Below, one piece after another: positions 36,069-46,384 of a stretch of DNA of 64,000 nt (the first letter of the stretch is position 1; each line of letters opens with the position of its first letter). The stretch is from an uncultured virus (IMG/VR IMGVR_UViG_3300031565_000011) (Duplodnaviria; Heunggongvirae; Uroviricota; Caudoviricetes): the IMG/VR virus record IMGVR_UViG_3300031565_000011; one strand, written 5' to 3'. Below the pieces are notes generated by a model that made no database searches, had not been told where the DNA came from, and saw only the letters and a program-made list of their open reading frames with translations. Made by a program: the position numbers and the translations under genes.

Positions 36069-38819
36069 TTAGTAGAAGCTTCTCAAATTCTGAAGGTCGG
36101 TAAGTTCTTTGGTTTGTCTTTGAATTTCTCTACCATCCAGGAAAATTCGATTTTCAATTACTATTGTCGTGGGCGCCCCGGCTCCGGCTCCGGCCATTGC
36201 CGGAGCACGTCCCTGGGTAATTGCCCTAAATACTTGTGCTATATCCTTAGGTGTGAGCCCGGTTGGCAGAGGTAATACCATCTCGGGTTTTCCTTCTTCT
36301 GCCAATGCCGCGACAGTAGGCTTAGTTACAATTCCTCCATGCTGGAGTCCAACTACTGAGCCGATCGCCCCAAGCAGCCAACCGGTTGGGGTTCCCTTCA
36401 TGAATATATCTTTTACCAGTTTCGCGACCCGTTGAAGCGGATCGACAAGATTCGTTACCCAGCGGGTAAGGGTGGTGAATACGCCAACTAACCAACCAAC
36501 TATCTTAGCCATCGGGACGAGAGTCCCCCTTACTATCGCTCTGGTAATTACTCCGAAAGTTTTCCAGAAGGATATATTTCTTCCTCCTCTACCAAATAAG
36601 GCCACTCCAAGCGCATCGAATGCTGACGATAGTTCATCAATGACAGGAACCAAAGGCGCAAATGCCGCTTCCATTTCCTGTACAATAATTTCAATTACAG
36701 CCCCATTAACAGCTGCAAAGAATGCCATGACCTCAAACATTTTAGCGAATGGAAGCATAACTACTGTCATTATTGATTTGAATAATTTACCCAGTGGTCC
36801 TATCCCTCCCATAGCCGAAAACAATCTGCCCAGCGGTGCGAATATGGAACCAATTGCTTTCTTCATTGTAAAGAATGCTTCTCGTACTCCTCCGAGGTTC
36901 TGTTTCCATGCGACGGCAAACATCTTAGCAGTAATAATAAGAGTTCCGAGTATAGGCGATATAGCGAATAAAATAAAAGCCCAAAAAGCCTGTGCCGATC
37001 CCTTTGCCTCCCAAAAGGCCCTTGCTATCTTACTTACGATTACGATAGCCAATAGGACTGCTGCGATAAGCGCTAATATCGGATTGGCGATTATTACTGC
37101 CCAAAGCCCCCTTAATGCTCCGGTCAATAGTCCAGCCCCGGCTGCTCCGGCTCGCATCGCCGTACTGCTCATTACAGTTGTTTTAGCCTGAAATAAAGTA
37201 GCCCTTATATTTCCCCATCGAAGCCCAGTACTAAGCCTTTGAAGGGCATTATTTATTGTAAGGGCAATACTATTACCGACTGTAGCTATTCGATCGGCCG
37301 TGGAAGCTGATACTGCGGCCCAAGTAACAGATGTTCTGGATGATATTCCAATGCCAAGAAGCGACTCAAGTAAAAGCCGAATCTTCATCTTGGCATTCAT
37401 CAATGTAGTCTGTGTAATCCTAAATTGTTCTGCTATAATTAGTCCGAGCAATTGCAACCTGGTATATCCTTCTACTCCAAGAATCAACCTGCTAATTATC
37501 AAATACGCAGCCTTTGCCTTAGCGAGCAATCCATATTTCATATTTAAGGCAATTATAGCGCTTCCCAGCAAGAGCATGGTCCCGATCAATACCGAAAGAA
37601 CGGCCCCGAGTCCTATCACCAACATAATTAATTTGGTTGTTCGTGGGAACCACGTCGTAAGAGTTATAATTAAGTTAACGAATTTCGTAAATATAGTTAC
37701 GAGGGTTTTTATTGGACCAAGCAACGGAGTCCCAAATTGAGTGGCAAGGGTAGAAAGCGACCCACCCAGAAGAATCAATCTGCCTGTTAATGGTTCAAGA
37801 GTCTTCTTTCTAAATTCGGCGGCGGTTCCATTAGCTGTTTTCAACTCGAGTTCCATATGGGCGAATTTATCGGCGCCCATACCAACGACTGCGTTATAAG
37901 TATTCAAACCTCTGGCGCCGAATATCGACATTAATGCAGCCTGTCTTTCCTGCTCTGTCACACCCGCTAAACGCTTTTCAAGATCGAAAATAACCGGGGC
38001 TAAATCCCTGAAGTTTCCCCTTACATCAAAGAGGGAAACGCCAAGTTGCGCCATGGTCCGCGATGCCTGTTCCTGGGTAATCGCCCGAAGCGCTGATCGT
38101 AAAGTAGTAGCAGATACCGATGCCTCAGCACCAGTATTCCGCAAGGCGCCCAGGACGGTCACCGTATGTTCGAACTCCTGTCCGGCAGCCCTGGCATTAC
38201 CCGAAACCCTGGAAAGCATGACAGTAAGGTCACGCGCCTGGATATTAGAAAGCTGTGTAGCTCGCAAGAGTTTATCAGTTACACTTGTTGCCTCCTTTAC
38301 ATCAAACCCAAATCCCCGAAGGGCTGCTGAAGCCGCCATTGCTGCTTCAGCCACACCAAGCTGACCTAGCGATCCTGTAGCCAGGTCAAGGACGGGAAGC
38401 AGGGCCTTAGTTGCTTCTTCCGCAGTAAAGCCAGCTGTAGCAAGTTCTTTTAATCCTTCCGTCGCCTGACGAGGAGTCCACTGAGTGCTAATCCCTGCTT
38501 CAATCGCCGCAGAAGTTAAGGTCCTTAGTTGAGAAGTAGTTGGATCAAGTATGGCGCCAACCCTCGCCATGCCCTCCTCAAACCGGGCGGCTGATTTTAC
38601 GACCCCCACCAAAGCAAGGCTTACTCCTGCGCCGCCAATCAGTGCTACGGCTCCTATCCTTGTAGCAACCCCGAACCGCAACTGTGCAAGCCTTGCTTTC
38701 TCGGTCTGGATTGTAAGCGCTTGCATAGACGCTGAGGCGGCCATAGCAGGACCGCTTAAGCGGTTCGCCATGGTTAAGACCACGCCAAGTCCAAGCGCTG
38801 TACCAACTCCGAGTGCCAT
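36069..38819 (-). CDS. Tail tape measure protein (TP901-type core)
   Basis: FE..MA.V.A, T...A..GL.ELA.AG, LP.LDLA; hydrophobic repeats; GGIVT.PT.A...E.G.PE.V.PL tail. Confidence 0.92.
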   Translation of the reverse strand: MALGVGTALGLGVVLTMANRLSGPAMAASASMQALTIQTEKARLAQLRFGVATRIGAVALIGGAGVSLALVGVVKSAARFEEGMARVGAILDPTTSQLRTLTSAAIEAGISTQWTPRQATEGLKELATAGFTAEEATKALLPVLDLATGSLGQLGVAEAAMAASAALRGFGFDVKEATSVTDKLLRATQLSNIQARDLTVMLSRVSGNARAAGQEFEHTVTVLGALRNTGAEASVSATTLRSALRAITQEQASRTMAQLGVSLFDVRGNFRDLAPVIFDLEKRLAGVTEQERQAALMSIFGARGLNTYNAVVGMGADKFAHMELELKTANGTAAEFRKKTLEPLTGRLILLGGSLSTLATQFGTPLLGPIKTLVTIFTKFVNLIITLTTWFPRTTKLIMLVIGLGAVLSVLIGTMLLLGSAIIALNMKYGLLAKAKAAYLIISRLILGVEGYTRLQLLGLIIAEQFRITQTTLMNAKMKIRLLLESLLGIGISSRTSVTWAAVSASTADRIATVGNSIALTINNALQRLSTGLRWGNIRATLFQAKTTVMSSTAMRAGAAGAGLLTGALRGLWAVIIANPILALIAAVLLAIVIVSKIARAFWEAKGSAQAFWAFILFAISPILGTLIITAKMFAVAWKQNLGGVREAFFTMKKAIGSIFAPLGRLFSAMGGIGPLGKLFKSIMTVVMLPFAKMFEVMAFFAAVNGAVIEIIVQEMEAAFAPLVPVIDELSSAFDALGVALFGRGGRNISFWKTFGVITRAIVRGTLVPMAKIVGWLVGVFTTLTRWVTNLVDPLQRVAKLVKDIFMKGTPTGWLLGAIGSVVGLQHGGIVTKPTVAALAEEGKPEMVLPLPTGLTPKDIAQVFRAITQGRAPAMAGAGAGAPTTIVIENRIFLDGREIQRQTKELTDLQNLRSFY

Positions 38820-38822
38820 TTA

Positions 38823-39008
38823 TTATCCCTTCGATTGTCTGGCGACTTCCTCGTGCCACCGAGTAGCGTATTCAATCCAGAATCGTCGCTCTTCGTCGGT
38901 CATTTCCCATATCTCCTTATACCCCCAACCTTTGAAAAGCATTCCTATTGCCCCGACCTCCTCCCACGTCTGCCAAATCGCCGCAGGCCTGCAGTCGGCA
39001 ATAAAAAA
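38823..39008 (-). CDS. Tail assembly chaperone frameshift extension (gpGT-like, -1 frame)
   Basis: Slippery T TTT TTA at 39008-39002. The -1 frame reads ...GWGYKEIWEMTDEERRFWIE... and stops 3 nt before the tape measure start. Confidence 0.75.
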   Translation of the reverse strand, partial: FFIADCRPAAIWQTWEEVGAIGMLFKGWGYKEIWEMTDEERRFWIEYATRWHEEVARQSKG

Positions 39009-39814
39009 TCCGACGGATCTACTGCGAACTCGAATGTCCGACTACAAGTGGAACAAGCAAGAGAATTAGTGGTATCTGGTCCAGGCTGATTTTCAATGAA
39101 TCGACCCAGGAACTCATCGAAAATCCCTATGTCGAGATGCTCGAAGAAATCCGCATCTACTGGCTGACCATCGAAGTCCTTACAGGCAGCGGTCACGATT
39201 GCATAGGCAGATTCGTTGATGTTTTGGATTTGCTCCCTGGAAAGTCCTTCTTCCTCGAATCCTCTTGCCAAACGAAATCGGGCGGTATGTCCTTCCGCCG
39301 AAACAGTCAGCAGCCACTCTCCTTCCTCGAACTTATAGTCCGTTTCCTCTACCGGGATAGTTTCGATTTCCGCCGGCGAAGTATGGACCTGAAGAGGAGC
39401 GCTGCAGTGTGGACAGTCGAGATTCTGGATGATCGGCGTCTGCTTTTTAGTTAACTCTCTGATCCGTAGTACACAGGCCGCCCGATCACCCGAGTACATC
39501 GAACGGATCATTAGCTTGTTCTCAGCTTTCTTGTCGTTAAACTTGAAATGACTAAACTCCAGCAATTCGACAAGAGCCGTGGTCACCACCCTTCCTGGGT
39601 TCGCGAGGATATCCGGCCTACCGATTTTCTTCCTAACCGTGCCATCTAACGGTCCCAGCAGAACCGTCCTGTAAAGTTCATTCGAGAGATCGACTGAACC
39701 TATAGGAAGTTTGAACTCCATTTTCTCATCTCTGCTGGTCATTTCCGGGACGGGAGACCCCATGCTCGGAACAATTGGATCTCTCCCGTTTTCCATGCCA
39801 TTCTCCTCGGTCAT
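38945..39814 (-). CDS. Tail assembly chaperone (gpG-like, with CxxC pairs)
   Basis: Located between the tube and tape measure genes; F.LP.G, GDR, CPHC, QPGP and CSTC. Confidence 0.75.
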   Translation of the reverse strand: MTEENGMENGRDPIVPSMGSPVPEMTSRDEKMEFKLPIGSVDLSNELYRTVLLGPLDGTVRKKIGRPDILANPGRVVTTALVELLEFSHFKFNDKKAENKLMIRSMYSGDRAACVLRIRELTKKQTPIIQNLDCPHCSAPLQVHTSPAEIETIPVEETDYKFEEGEWLLTVSAEGHTARFRLARGFEEEGLSREQIQNINESAYAIVTAACKDFDGQPVDADFFEHLDIGIFDEFLGRFIENQPGPDTTNSLACSTCSRTFEFAVDPSDFLLPTAGLRRFGRRGRRSGQ

Positions 39815-39864
39815 CTTTCTTTCTCCTTATCAACGGTCTACCAATCTTGGTAAGTTCGTCCGAC

Positions 39865-40380
39865 CTACAGCGGTCGGAGATCGAGAGGGTCGGGCAATCC
39901 GCCCTCATTCTGGATGACTGCCGACTCCATCCAGACGTCGGATGTTCCGGCTTCCAGGGAAGCATGCCCGAGTTTGCTCGGCCAGCACTCAAAGTAGCTC
40001 CATCCTTTCAACCGATTGTTGAAGTCGTCCATCAACTGGATTTTCAGCATCCTTCTAAACATCGCCGAAGGGTACTGACCCCGCTTCTGGACTAGCTCCA
40101 CTTGAGCCCGCCACACCTGAAGATCGTTCGACCTGCTCTTGCCCCGATTCAAGGTCAGTTCGCCCGACTTCAAGATTCCAGGCAGCTTCTTGGTCATCCG
40201 GTCGGTCCCCTCCCGATATTCGACGACCTCGCTTTCCTCCTCGATTCCCTCTACCGACCGGAACCCTGCACGCCAAGATCGAATCCCAACCGCCATCACG
40301 CGAAAGCGGAAGCCAACGTAGGGGTCCAGCCTCTGACCGGCTTTCTGCCCGCTCGAAGGCAATGAAAGAACGTGTGGCAT
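39865..40380 (-). CDS. Tail tube protein (T4 gp19-like)
   Basis: DPY.GFRF.V, AGF..V.G, YREG, KLPG, LTL.RG and WPSK. Confidence 0.92.
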   Translation of the reverse strand: MPHVLSLPSSGQKAGQRLDPYVGFRFRVMAVGIRSWRAGFRSVEGIEEESEVVEYREGTDRMTKKLPGILKSGELTLNRGKSRSNDLQVWRAQVELVQKRGQYPSAMFRRMLKIQLMDDFNNRLKGWSYFECWPSKLGHASLEAGTSDVWMESAVIQNEGGLPDPLDLRPL

Positions 40381-40420
40381 AATTTTACTCCTTATAAAAC
40401 GAACCGAACTTCGCCGAATT

Positions 40421-42724
40421 CTACTGCTCTTCGATGGAGCGCTGCCCCCTGGAATTGGTCACCAGGAAAACCACCTTCTCGGCCGTACCTACCACGTTGA
40501 AGCCGAATTTGGTTTTGAAGATTCCGGCATCTCTCTGCGCTTGCGGATTGATTCCTTCCCCGTTATAGACGTAGTATGCCTCGTCGGGATTTCCCTCCGG
40601 AACGAAGACCCCATCCTTCCAGAGGTCATACAGGAAGGAACCGATTTGATCGAACACGTCAGAAGATAAATCCTCATTGTTCGGCTCAAAGGCAGTCCAT
40701 AACGAATCCCCGATGACACTCTGCTCCACGAAAATCGTGGTTCGCATGACATGAACGAACTGTTGAGGTCTTCCTTCCTTGAGCAGAGTCCTGTCCCCGA
40801 ATACCCGAATACCGTACCCAGGGAATTCGCGGATAATGTTGATTCCCCGCGGATTGAGAAGAAGCGAAGCATCATCCCAGTCGATGACCTTGTCATCCGT
40901 GGTCAACCCGACAATGCCTTTAATCCGCTCGTTCGCAGGAGCCTTGTGGGTTCCGCGATCCGCTGCCACCCTCGACCAGATTCCCATAACCCATCCTTCC
41001 GCCGAGTGATCCTGCAGTAGAATATAGCCGGTTTCCGGGTCGTAGATGGTCAACCATGGGAAATAGATCACCCCACGCATCGAGGAAAGGCTCAACGTGT
41101 AGTCCCTCCACTCGATCGCTTCCGAAACCGAATCAATCGACTGGGGCATAGCGCCCACATACATGGCATGGAGTTCGGCATCACACCAGTTGATTCCATT
41201 CTCCACTATCAATTTCGATGTCTGCCCAGGTGTGGCGATCATCGAAACCGCTTTGATGCCCTTGAACCGATGGATACCGGTCTCCGCTCCGGGTGTGGAA
41301 ACTCCCATGTAGTCGGCATCGGTCGGAGTTTCCCCATCGAGTCCGTACACCATTGCCACAGCCGAAACTGGGAATGGCAAGTCGAGATAGGCTGGAGTAC
41401 TGGAAGGGTTGAGGTCGACTGCCTCTATAAGTTCGCTCTTATTTCCCCTTCCCGAAAGCACGATGTTGATGTACTTGAGCGCGTTAGTGGGTTGCATCGA
41501 AAGCTGTTCGTGGTTCTCGAAATTCCCGAGTTCGTCCTCCACTTCAAGATCGAACTCAAAGGAAGTCGCCGGAGAGTTGGCAGCAATCGGAGCACCCAAG
41601 GTGATCGGAAGGAAGAAAATCGTATTCCCCGACACTGCTGTGACGAGGACCGTAATCTCGGTGGTCCCATCATTGATATAGACCAAGCTTCCGACTCTTG
41701 CCCCGATTGCATTGTTAAGAGTTATCTGGTTTGCCCCGCTGACCAGTGGAGTTGTGATCGTGGATGACAGGGCGTGGGTCGTTGCGGTCTTGACTACTGC
41801 TCCCGCAGTGTATCCATTCAAGACCTTTGACTTGAACTTGAGTTTCTTGTTGACCGTATCCACCTGCCAGACCACGAAATAGTCCGTGTTGACTCCATCA
41901 TCCAGAATCACGAGATCTCCGACCTCAAAGTCTCTGACCGATGTTATCTCGACTTCCGTGGTGGCGCCTGCCGTAATCACCGCTGAAGTGATGGTGGAGA
42001 TTTTCATGGTCGTGTATTTCAGGAAGTTTCCCCACCCACCCGGATTTGCTGCCGATACCTTGAACGAATGTGCGTTCTGGTCCGAGTCATCCGCCCAGGA
42101 ATCCGCTACCGCTGGCCCGGAACCATTCGCCAAAGGCGTAAGTGCCAGGACGGCGACTACTCCCGTGCCATCCGATGCGGGTGCCAAGGAAACCACCACC
42201 AACTGGAGTGCCTCCAGATGCGCGTTGATGGCGGCCAGAACTTGGTTAGCGGTAGATATCACTGCTGGAACTGCATCCGTTTCCAAGGATACGTCGATAT
42301 CGTACCCGTTCACAGTCTTTGTCACGGTGATCGCAAGGGGCAAGGGCCCCGACCCTGGATCGGTCAGCTTGATCTGAAGGTTATTTCCCTGGGCCCCAGG
42401 ATGGATGGCAGTCCAGAGCAAGGCTGAATTGGCAGTCCCGGTGACGAGACTGGCGAAGACCTCCGGCGTCAGAACCCGAGAAATCCAAGCCGATCGTCCC
42501 TCATTCACGAAGAAACCACGAATGTGCTTCGGCCCGGCGTATCCACCGTAATAGCTTCCACACTTCCGTTCGAACTCTTCCCACGAGGTCACGAACTCAG
42601 CCTTATCGGTCCTGCCTTTTTTTGACCGAATGATAAACCCCGCGATGCTGACTGGAACTCCTTCGATGGTAGGAGGGTTATCGAACTGCTCCCGAAGATT
42701 GAGCCCAACGTGGTACTCAGGCAT
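40421..42724 (-). CDS. Tail sheath protein
   Basis: S.AGF, VTSW.EF, GFF.NEG, YFPW, G.HKAPAN, LNPRGIN.IR.FPG.GIRVFG.RTL and FEPN. Confidence 0.95.
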   Translation of the reverse strand: MPEYHVGLNLREQFDNPPTIEGVPVSIAGFIIRSKKGRTDKAEFVTSWEEFERKCGSYYGGYAGPKHIRGFFVNEGRSAWISRVLTPEVFASLVTGTANSALLWTAIHPGAQGNNLQIKLTDPGSGPLPLAITVTKTVNGYDIDVSLETDAVPAVISTANQVLAAINAHLEALQLVVVSLAPASDGTGVVAVLALTPLANGSGPAVADSWADDSDQNAHSFKVSAANPGGWGNFLKYTTMKISTITSAVITAGATTEVEITSVRDFEVGDLVILDDGVNTDYFVVWQVDTVNKKLKFKSKVLNGYTAGAVVKTATTHALSSTITTPLVSGANQITLNNAIGARVGSLVYINDGTTEITVLVTAVSGNTIFFLPITLGAPIAANSPATSFEFDLEVEDELGNFENHEQLSMQPTNALKYINIVLSGRGNKSELIEAVDLNPSSTPAYLDLPFPVSAVAMVYGLDGETPTDADYMGVSTPGAETGIHRFKGIKAVSMIATPGQTSKLIVENGINWCDAELHAMYVGAMPQSIDSVSEAIEWRDYTLSLSSMRGVIYFPWLTIYDPETGYILLQDHSAEGWVMGIWSRVAADRGTHKAPANERIKGIVGLTTDDKVIDWDDASLLLNPRGINIIREFPGYGIRVFGDRTLLKEGRPQQFVHVMRTTIFVEQSVIGDSLWTAFEPNNEDLSSDVFDQIGSFLYDLWKDGVFVPEGNPDEAYYVYNGEGINPQAQRDAGIFKTKFGFNVVGTAEKVVFLVTNSRGQRSIEEQ

Positions 42725-42829
42725 GATTATAACTCCAAATGAAAAATCTTCTTAGTTCAGCATTTCGGGCAGTCTCTTAATCAATGCCCACTCAGTATCC
42801 GTGAATCCGCCAGTCGTCTTCTCTTGGCG

Positions 42830-43120
42830 TTATTCGTCGTCTGTCTTTTTTCCTTTCTTCATGACGATCGTTTTCTTGTCCGTCTTTGAAGCGGGCGCTC
42901 GCTTCGGCGCCTCCTTTGTTTTCTCCTTGGACGAAACTTCGATCACAGAGGCGGCGGAGTAAACGACCACTCTTCTCTGTTTGCGATCCTTGGCAAAGAG
43001 TGGATCGCACTTTTCTGTCTCCGTCAACTCCCTGCTTATCTCTCCACGGCTGAGAGGAATTGAATGTCCATCGGTGAATACGATCGAGAAATCACCGTTG
43101 GTGTTGTTACGAACTTTCAT
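42830..43120 (-). CDS. Hypothetical virion-associated protein
   Basis: Coupled ORF upstream of the sheath gene. Confidence 0.6.
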   Translation of the reverse strand: MKVRNNTNGDFSIVFTDGHSIPLSRGEISRELTETEKCDPLFAKDRKQRRVVVYSAASVIEVSSKEKTKEAPKRAPASKTDKKTIVMKKGKKTDDE

Positions 43121-44396
43121 AGCTCCTTCCTCCTCTATCTACAACTGTCGAAAAGGTCTCCACCAATGGAACTTCTTGATATTCGTTATCGGTCCAGTCT
43201 CGATAAACGACTGAAAAAGTATAACGTTTTACTGATAGGTTTTCCCGTGGAACGTTAGCGGAACCAAACTCCGCTTCGTCCACTATCGGGAGCCTCTCCC
43301 CAGTTCCGATGGAGACCAACACTTTGTTAGTCAAAGCTCGAATTAGTGCCCTGTTCATTTCGATAGAGAAAAGTTCCTCCGGTGTATATGAAAGAACTCG
43401 TATTGGCATCCGGTATGTAGTGGGGAATTTTCTAATTCTTGCTTTTTTCTTGGCCTTATTTTTTTCTACTTTATATCCATCATTACGAAAGTCCATATCC
43501 TCCGCGTGATCGCCAAGTTCAATGATATACTTCGGAACATCCGAAAAGCTATAGTCTGCGTCAGGAGCAATGTAAGGATATATCCTCACCCTAAGCACGA
43601 CCCGGATTTCAGAGTTAATGGCCTGACTCGCAGTAAGGATTATAGTCTGTGAATATTCTTTCTCCCCGGTTTCCTTAGTTTCTACCAATGTCTTAGTGAA
43701 ACTAGCGAATATATTGGTCTGTCGTCCAGGATCGGTAGTGGCGTTCCAGGCACCGACCACGCTCATTATCTCCGACTTTATATTCGGAGGGAACGTCGTC
43801 GCAGCAGCCCCGAGCACTACTCCTATTTCGGTCTGTATCTCTATTCCATTCTCTAGCCTCTCAAAAAGTGACTGGAGAACATCGACTTCTGGAATGAAGT
43901 CGAGTTCATAATGAATCGACATGCCAATGAGAAATGGTGATGCTATTCCGGATGAGTCTGGACTAAGTTGAACCTTTATTTTTACTTGCTTATAACCACC
44001 AGTTACAAATGGGAAAGAAGCAATATTGTCTTGTATGTCGAATTCTGACGACCAGTCGTTGAGGCCAGCAACCATCCAACCAGCATTCCAGTAATACCAG
44101 GTCGTACCTCCATCGTTTGATATTTGAAAATCAAGAGACCCGAGAATATTTCCTTCCGAGTCAGTTTCAAAGGCTACGTCTGCTTCAATCGACCAAAGGA
44201 AAGTAAGAGAACGTATTTCCGCATTCGGGAACTCCAGGGTTGCCGGACTCCTGAACTTACCTTCAGATCCAAAGGAGACTTCTCCAGCCTCATCGGTTGG
44301 AAGCAGTTGAGCATACCTGCCCAGTTCCAGTTTAGTCGAATCCCAGGCAAACTCAACTTTCTGGATTTCCGAAATACTTTGGTAAAGCGTAGGCAT
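43107..44396 (-). CDS. Putative tail terminator/neck protein with extra N-terminal domain
   Basis: Position between tail completion and sheath genes. Confidence 0.5.
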   Translation of the reverse strand: MPTLYQSISEIQKVEFAWDSTKLELGRYAQLLPTDEAGEVSFGSEGKFRSPATLEFPNAEIRSLTFLWSIEADVAFETDSEGNILGSLDFQISNDGGTTWYYWNAGWMVAGLNDWSSEFDIQDNIASFPFVTGGYKQVKIKVQLSPDSSGIASPFLIGMSIHYELDFIPEVDVLQSLFERLENGIEIQTEIGVVLGAAATTFPPNIKSEIMSVVGAWNATTDPGRQTNIFASFTKTLVETKETGEKEYSQTIILTASQAINSEIRVVLRVRIYPYIAPDADYSFSDVPKYIIELGDHAEDMDFRNDGYKVEKNKAKKKARIRKFPTTYRMPIRVLSYTPEELFSIEMNRALIRALTNKVLVSIGTGERLPIVDEAEFGSANVPRENLSVKRYTFSVVYRDWTDNEYQEVPLVETFSTVVDRGGRSYESS

Positions 44397-44400
44397 TGCT

Positions 44401-44997
44401 CTATTTCAAGAAGGAGTTAAACGCCGCAGCAACTGCTTGCTGATAGATAAGCGCCACTTCTTTCTTGCTTTCCTTTACAGCAGGACCTATAAACGGCCTT
44501 GGCCTTATCCTTACAACTTTCGCAAGTATGAAATCCTCTCCAAAGACCAAGTTAGGTTCGCCCGGTTTTACATCCCTACGAAGCGGAATAAATAGCGCCT
44601 TTGCTGATCTTGGAATAATAATTGTGTCTTTCGGTGGAGCGCCTATTTCCCCTCCTTCAAGAACCCTGGCAATAAGGGCCAAGGATGTTCCGCTTTCGCG
44701 ATTAGTTTTTCCTGCCGGAACTCCCACCCATCCCATCATCGGAGCAAGTGGAATAAAAGTAACCGATTGCCAAAGGTCACCCCTATCCTGCAATGGTTTA
44801 GAACTCCCCTTCCGCCTTATAGTTATAGGAGAGTTCGGTGGACTCGTCACTTCACGAATCTTTTTTCTAATATTTCTAACTACCAATAACCCAGCGCGCT
44901 TAGTAGCAATAGTCCCAGCGACAACCAGCCTTTTGTTGAGGGCAGGAACCGTCAACAATCGGTTTAGTTTATCCCAGTCACCAACGCGCTGAATCAT
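44401..44997 (-). CDS. Tail completion protein (HK97 gp10/Mu gpG-like)
   Basis: NSP.TI.RKGSSKPL.D.G.L, LE.G and I.PRPF..P. Confidence 0.75.
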   Translation of the reverse strand: MIQRVGDWDKLNRLLTVPALNKRLVVAGTIATKRAGLLVVRNIRKKIREVTSPPNSPITIRRKGSSKPLQDRGDLWQSVTFIPLAPMMGWVGVPAGKTNRESGTSLALIARVLEGGEIGAPPKDTIIIPRSAKALFIPLRRDVKPGEPNLVFGEDFILAKVVRIRPRPFIGPAVKESKKEVALIYQQAVAAAFNSFLK

Positions 44998-45425
44998 GGG
45001 TTGCTCAACAATTCCCTGGACCTGCGAAAATATATCATCATTAAGTTTGCTTTTTTCCGTAAATATCCTGCATGTTTTATTTCCGTGATTTCATACTCTA
45101 CGACATCGCCCGCAACCTTAGTAAGCAAGTCACCAATTCCTGGCTTCGTAACAAGTGCATCGAATGTTGTTTTTCTTATTGTCAAACGCCCGGTAGTTAT
45201 AGGAGTATTTCCGGTTTCCGTTGGGAGTTTTTCCTCTTGAATATCATAATATATTTGTGCCTTAAAATTCAAGACATCTCCGGTATCGGGACCAGACCAG
45301 GTCTTCTGTCCCCTGGGCCTTCTTGAAACTCTATCAACCGCTGGGCGATTCTCCCCTGGAACTCTGCCAGTTTTGGTCAAGAGTTTTATCTCGATGTCGA
45401 CAAGATTCATTCGTAAAGGAATCAT
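44994..45425 (-). CDS. Putative head closure protein
   Basis: Beta-rich, with size and position typical of this gene. Confidence 0.55.
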   Translation of the reverse strand: MIPLRMNLVDIEIKLLTKTGRVPGENRPAVDRVSRRPRGQKTWSGPDTGDVLNFKAQIYYDIQEEKLPTETGNTPITTGRLTIRKTTFDALVTKPGIGDLLTKVAGDVVEYEITEIKHAGYLRKKANLMMIYFRRSRELLSNP

Positions 45426-46369
45426 GCGAAATCCACGTGAATCTGCGGTTCGGCATAGTAGGACAATTGCCGATCAACAAAATAATCTCCGGTCAATCCC
45501 ACACCCCCTCCATCTGCGTCGCCAAAGAGAGTATAAGAATACCGATCTGTTTTCTCCGACTTAATTTTCCCGGCCATGACTGCGTCGTCATAATCGTCTG
45601 TATTTATTCTTATGTTGAGTCGTTTCACTAAAAGAAGCGTCGCTCGTTCGATGAGTCTTGGTATCGCTCCAAAAGTAAGAACCCTTGTTCCTACCGGCAA
45701 TTGCTGGGCATCCTTAGTTTCGATAGCATCAAATACCAACTTTTTATTTCCGACGTCGATACTGTTGACTATTACCTGTCCCAAAACTTCCCTACCCGAA
45801 TCGTTCTTCTCGAATAAAACAACATCCCTTGCCTGAAAGCCGGATATACTGGTCAGGATTGCATCAATACCCCCGTTTGAAATTAACGTCGTAGTATCGG
45901 TAAGTATCCGTCTCGTCGTCCCGCTTCTAGCAGAGAAAGTATCCATCCATCCGGAGTAACAATCAAAGAGGACGTTTCCCCTTCCTCCGAAGAATTCCGA
46001 ATAAAGTAATTCAAGATATCGACCATAGACTTGATAATCACTCGAATCAAAGACAGCCATGTCATTCGGACCAGATGCAAGTAGAATATCCACTTTGTCT
46101 GGAACTAAGAACGGCCTACTGGCTGAAGCGGTCGAGATTTGCGCCAAACTAAGTACCTCCAGAATCGGGACCCGATTCGGAAGATAAAGCAAGGCTGATC
46201 CCATGCCATCAAGTATTTTCTGGCTCCGCACAGGAGTGAACCATTGACCCAGAGCATCAGAGAGGTAACCAGATGCCTCAGCGATCAACAGAAGGGCATC
46301 GGGAGCAGGCAGTTCCGTTTCGGTGAACCCTTCCTGGCGGAGCCGAGTAATTGTTGTGTATCGGAACAT
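45422..46369 (-). CDS. Head-tail adaptor protein
   Basis: Y.T...LR, LI..AS, GQWF.P, P..I..A and KSE....YSY. Confidence 0.7.
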   Translation of the reverse strand: MFRYTTITRLRQEGFTETELPAPDALLLIAEASGYLSDALGQWFTPVRSQKILDGMGSALLYLPNRVPILEVLSLAQISTASASRPFLVPDKVDILLASGPNDMAVFDSSDYQVYGRYLELLYSEFFGGRGNVLFDCYSGWMDTFSARSGTTRRILTDTTTLISNGGIDAILTSISGFQARDVVLFEKNDSGREVLGQVIVNSIDVGNKKLVFDAIETKDAQQLPVGTRVLTFGAIPRLIERATLLLVKRLNIRINTDDYDDAVMAGKIKSEKTDRYSYTLFGDADGGGVGLTGDYFVDRQLSYYAEPQIHVDFA

Positions 46370-46384
46370 CGCTCCCTCCTATCC

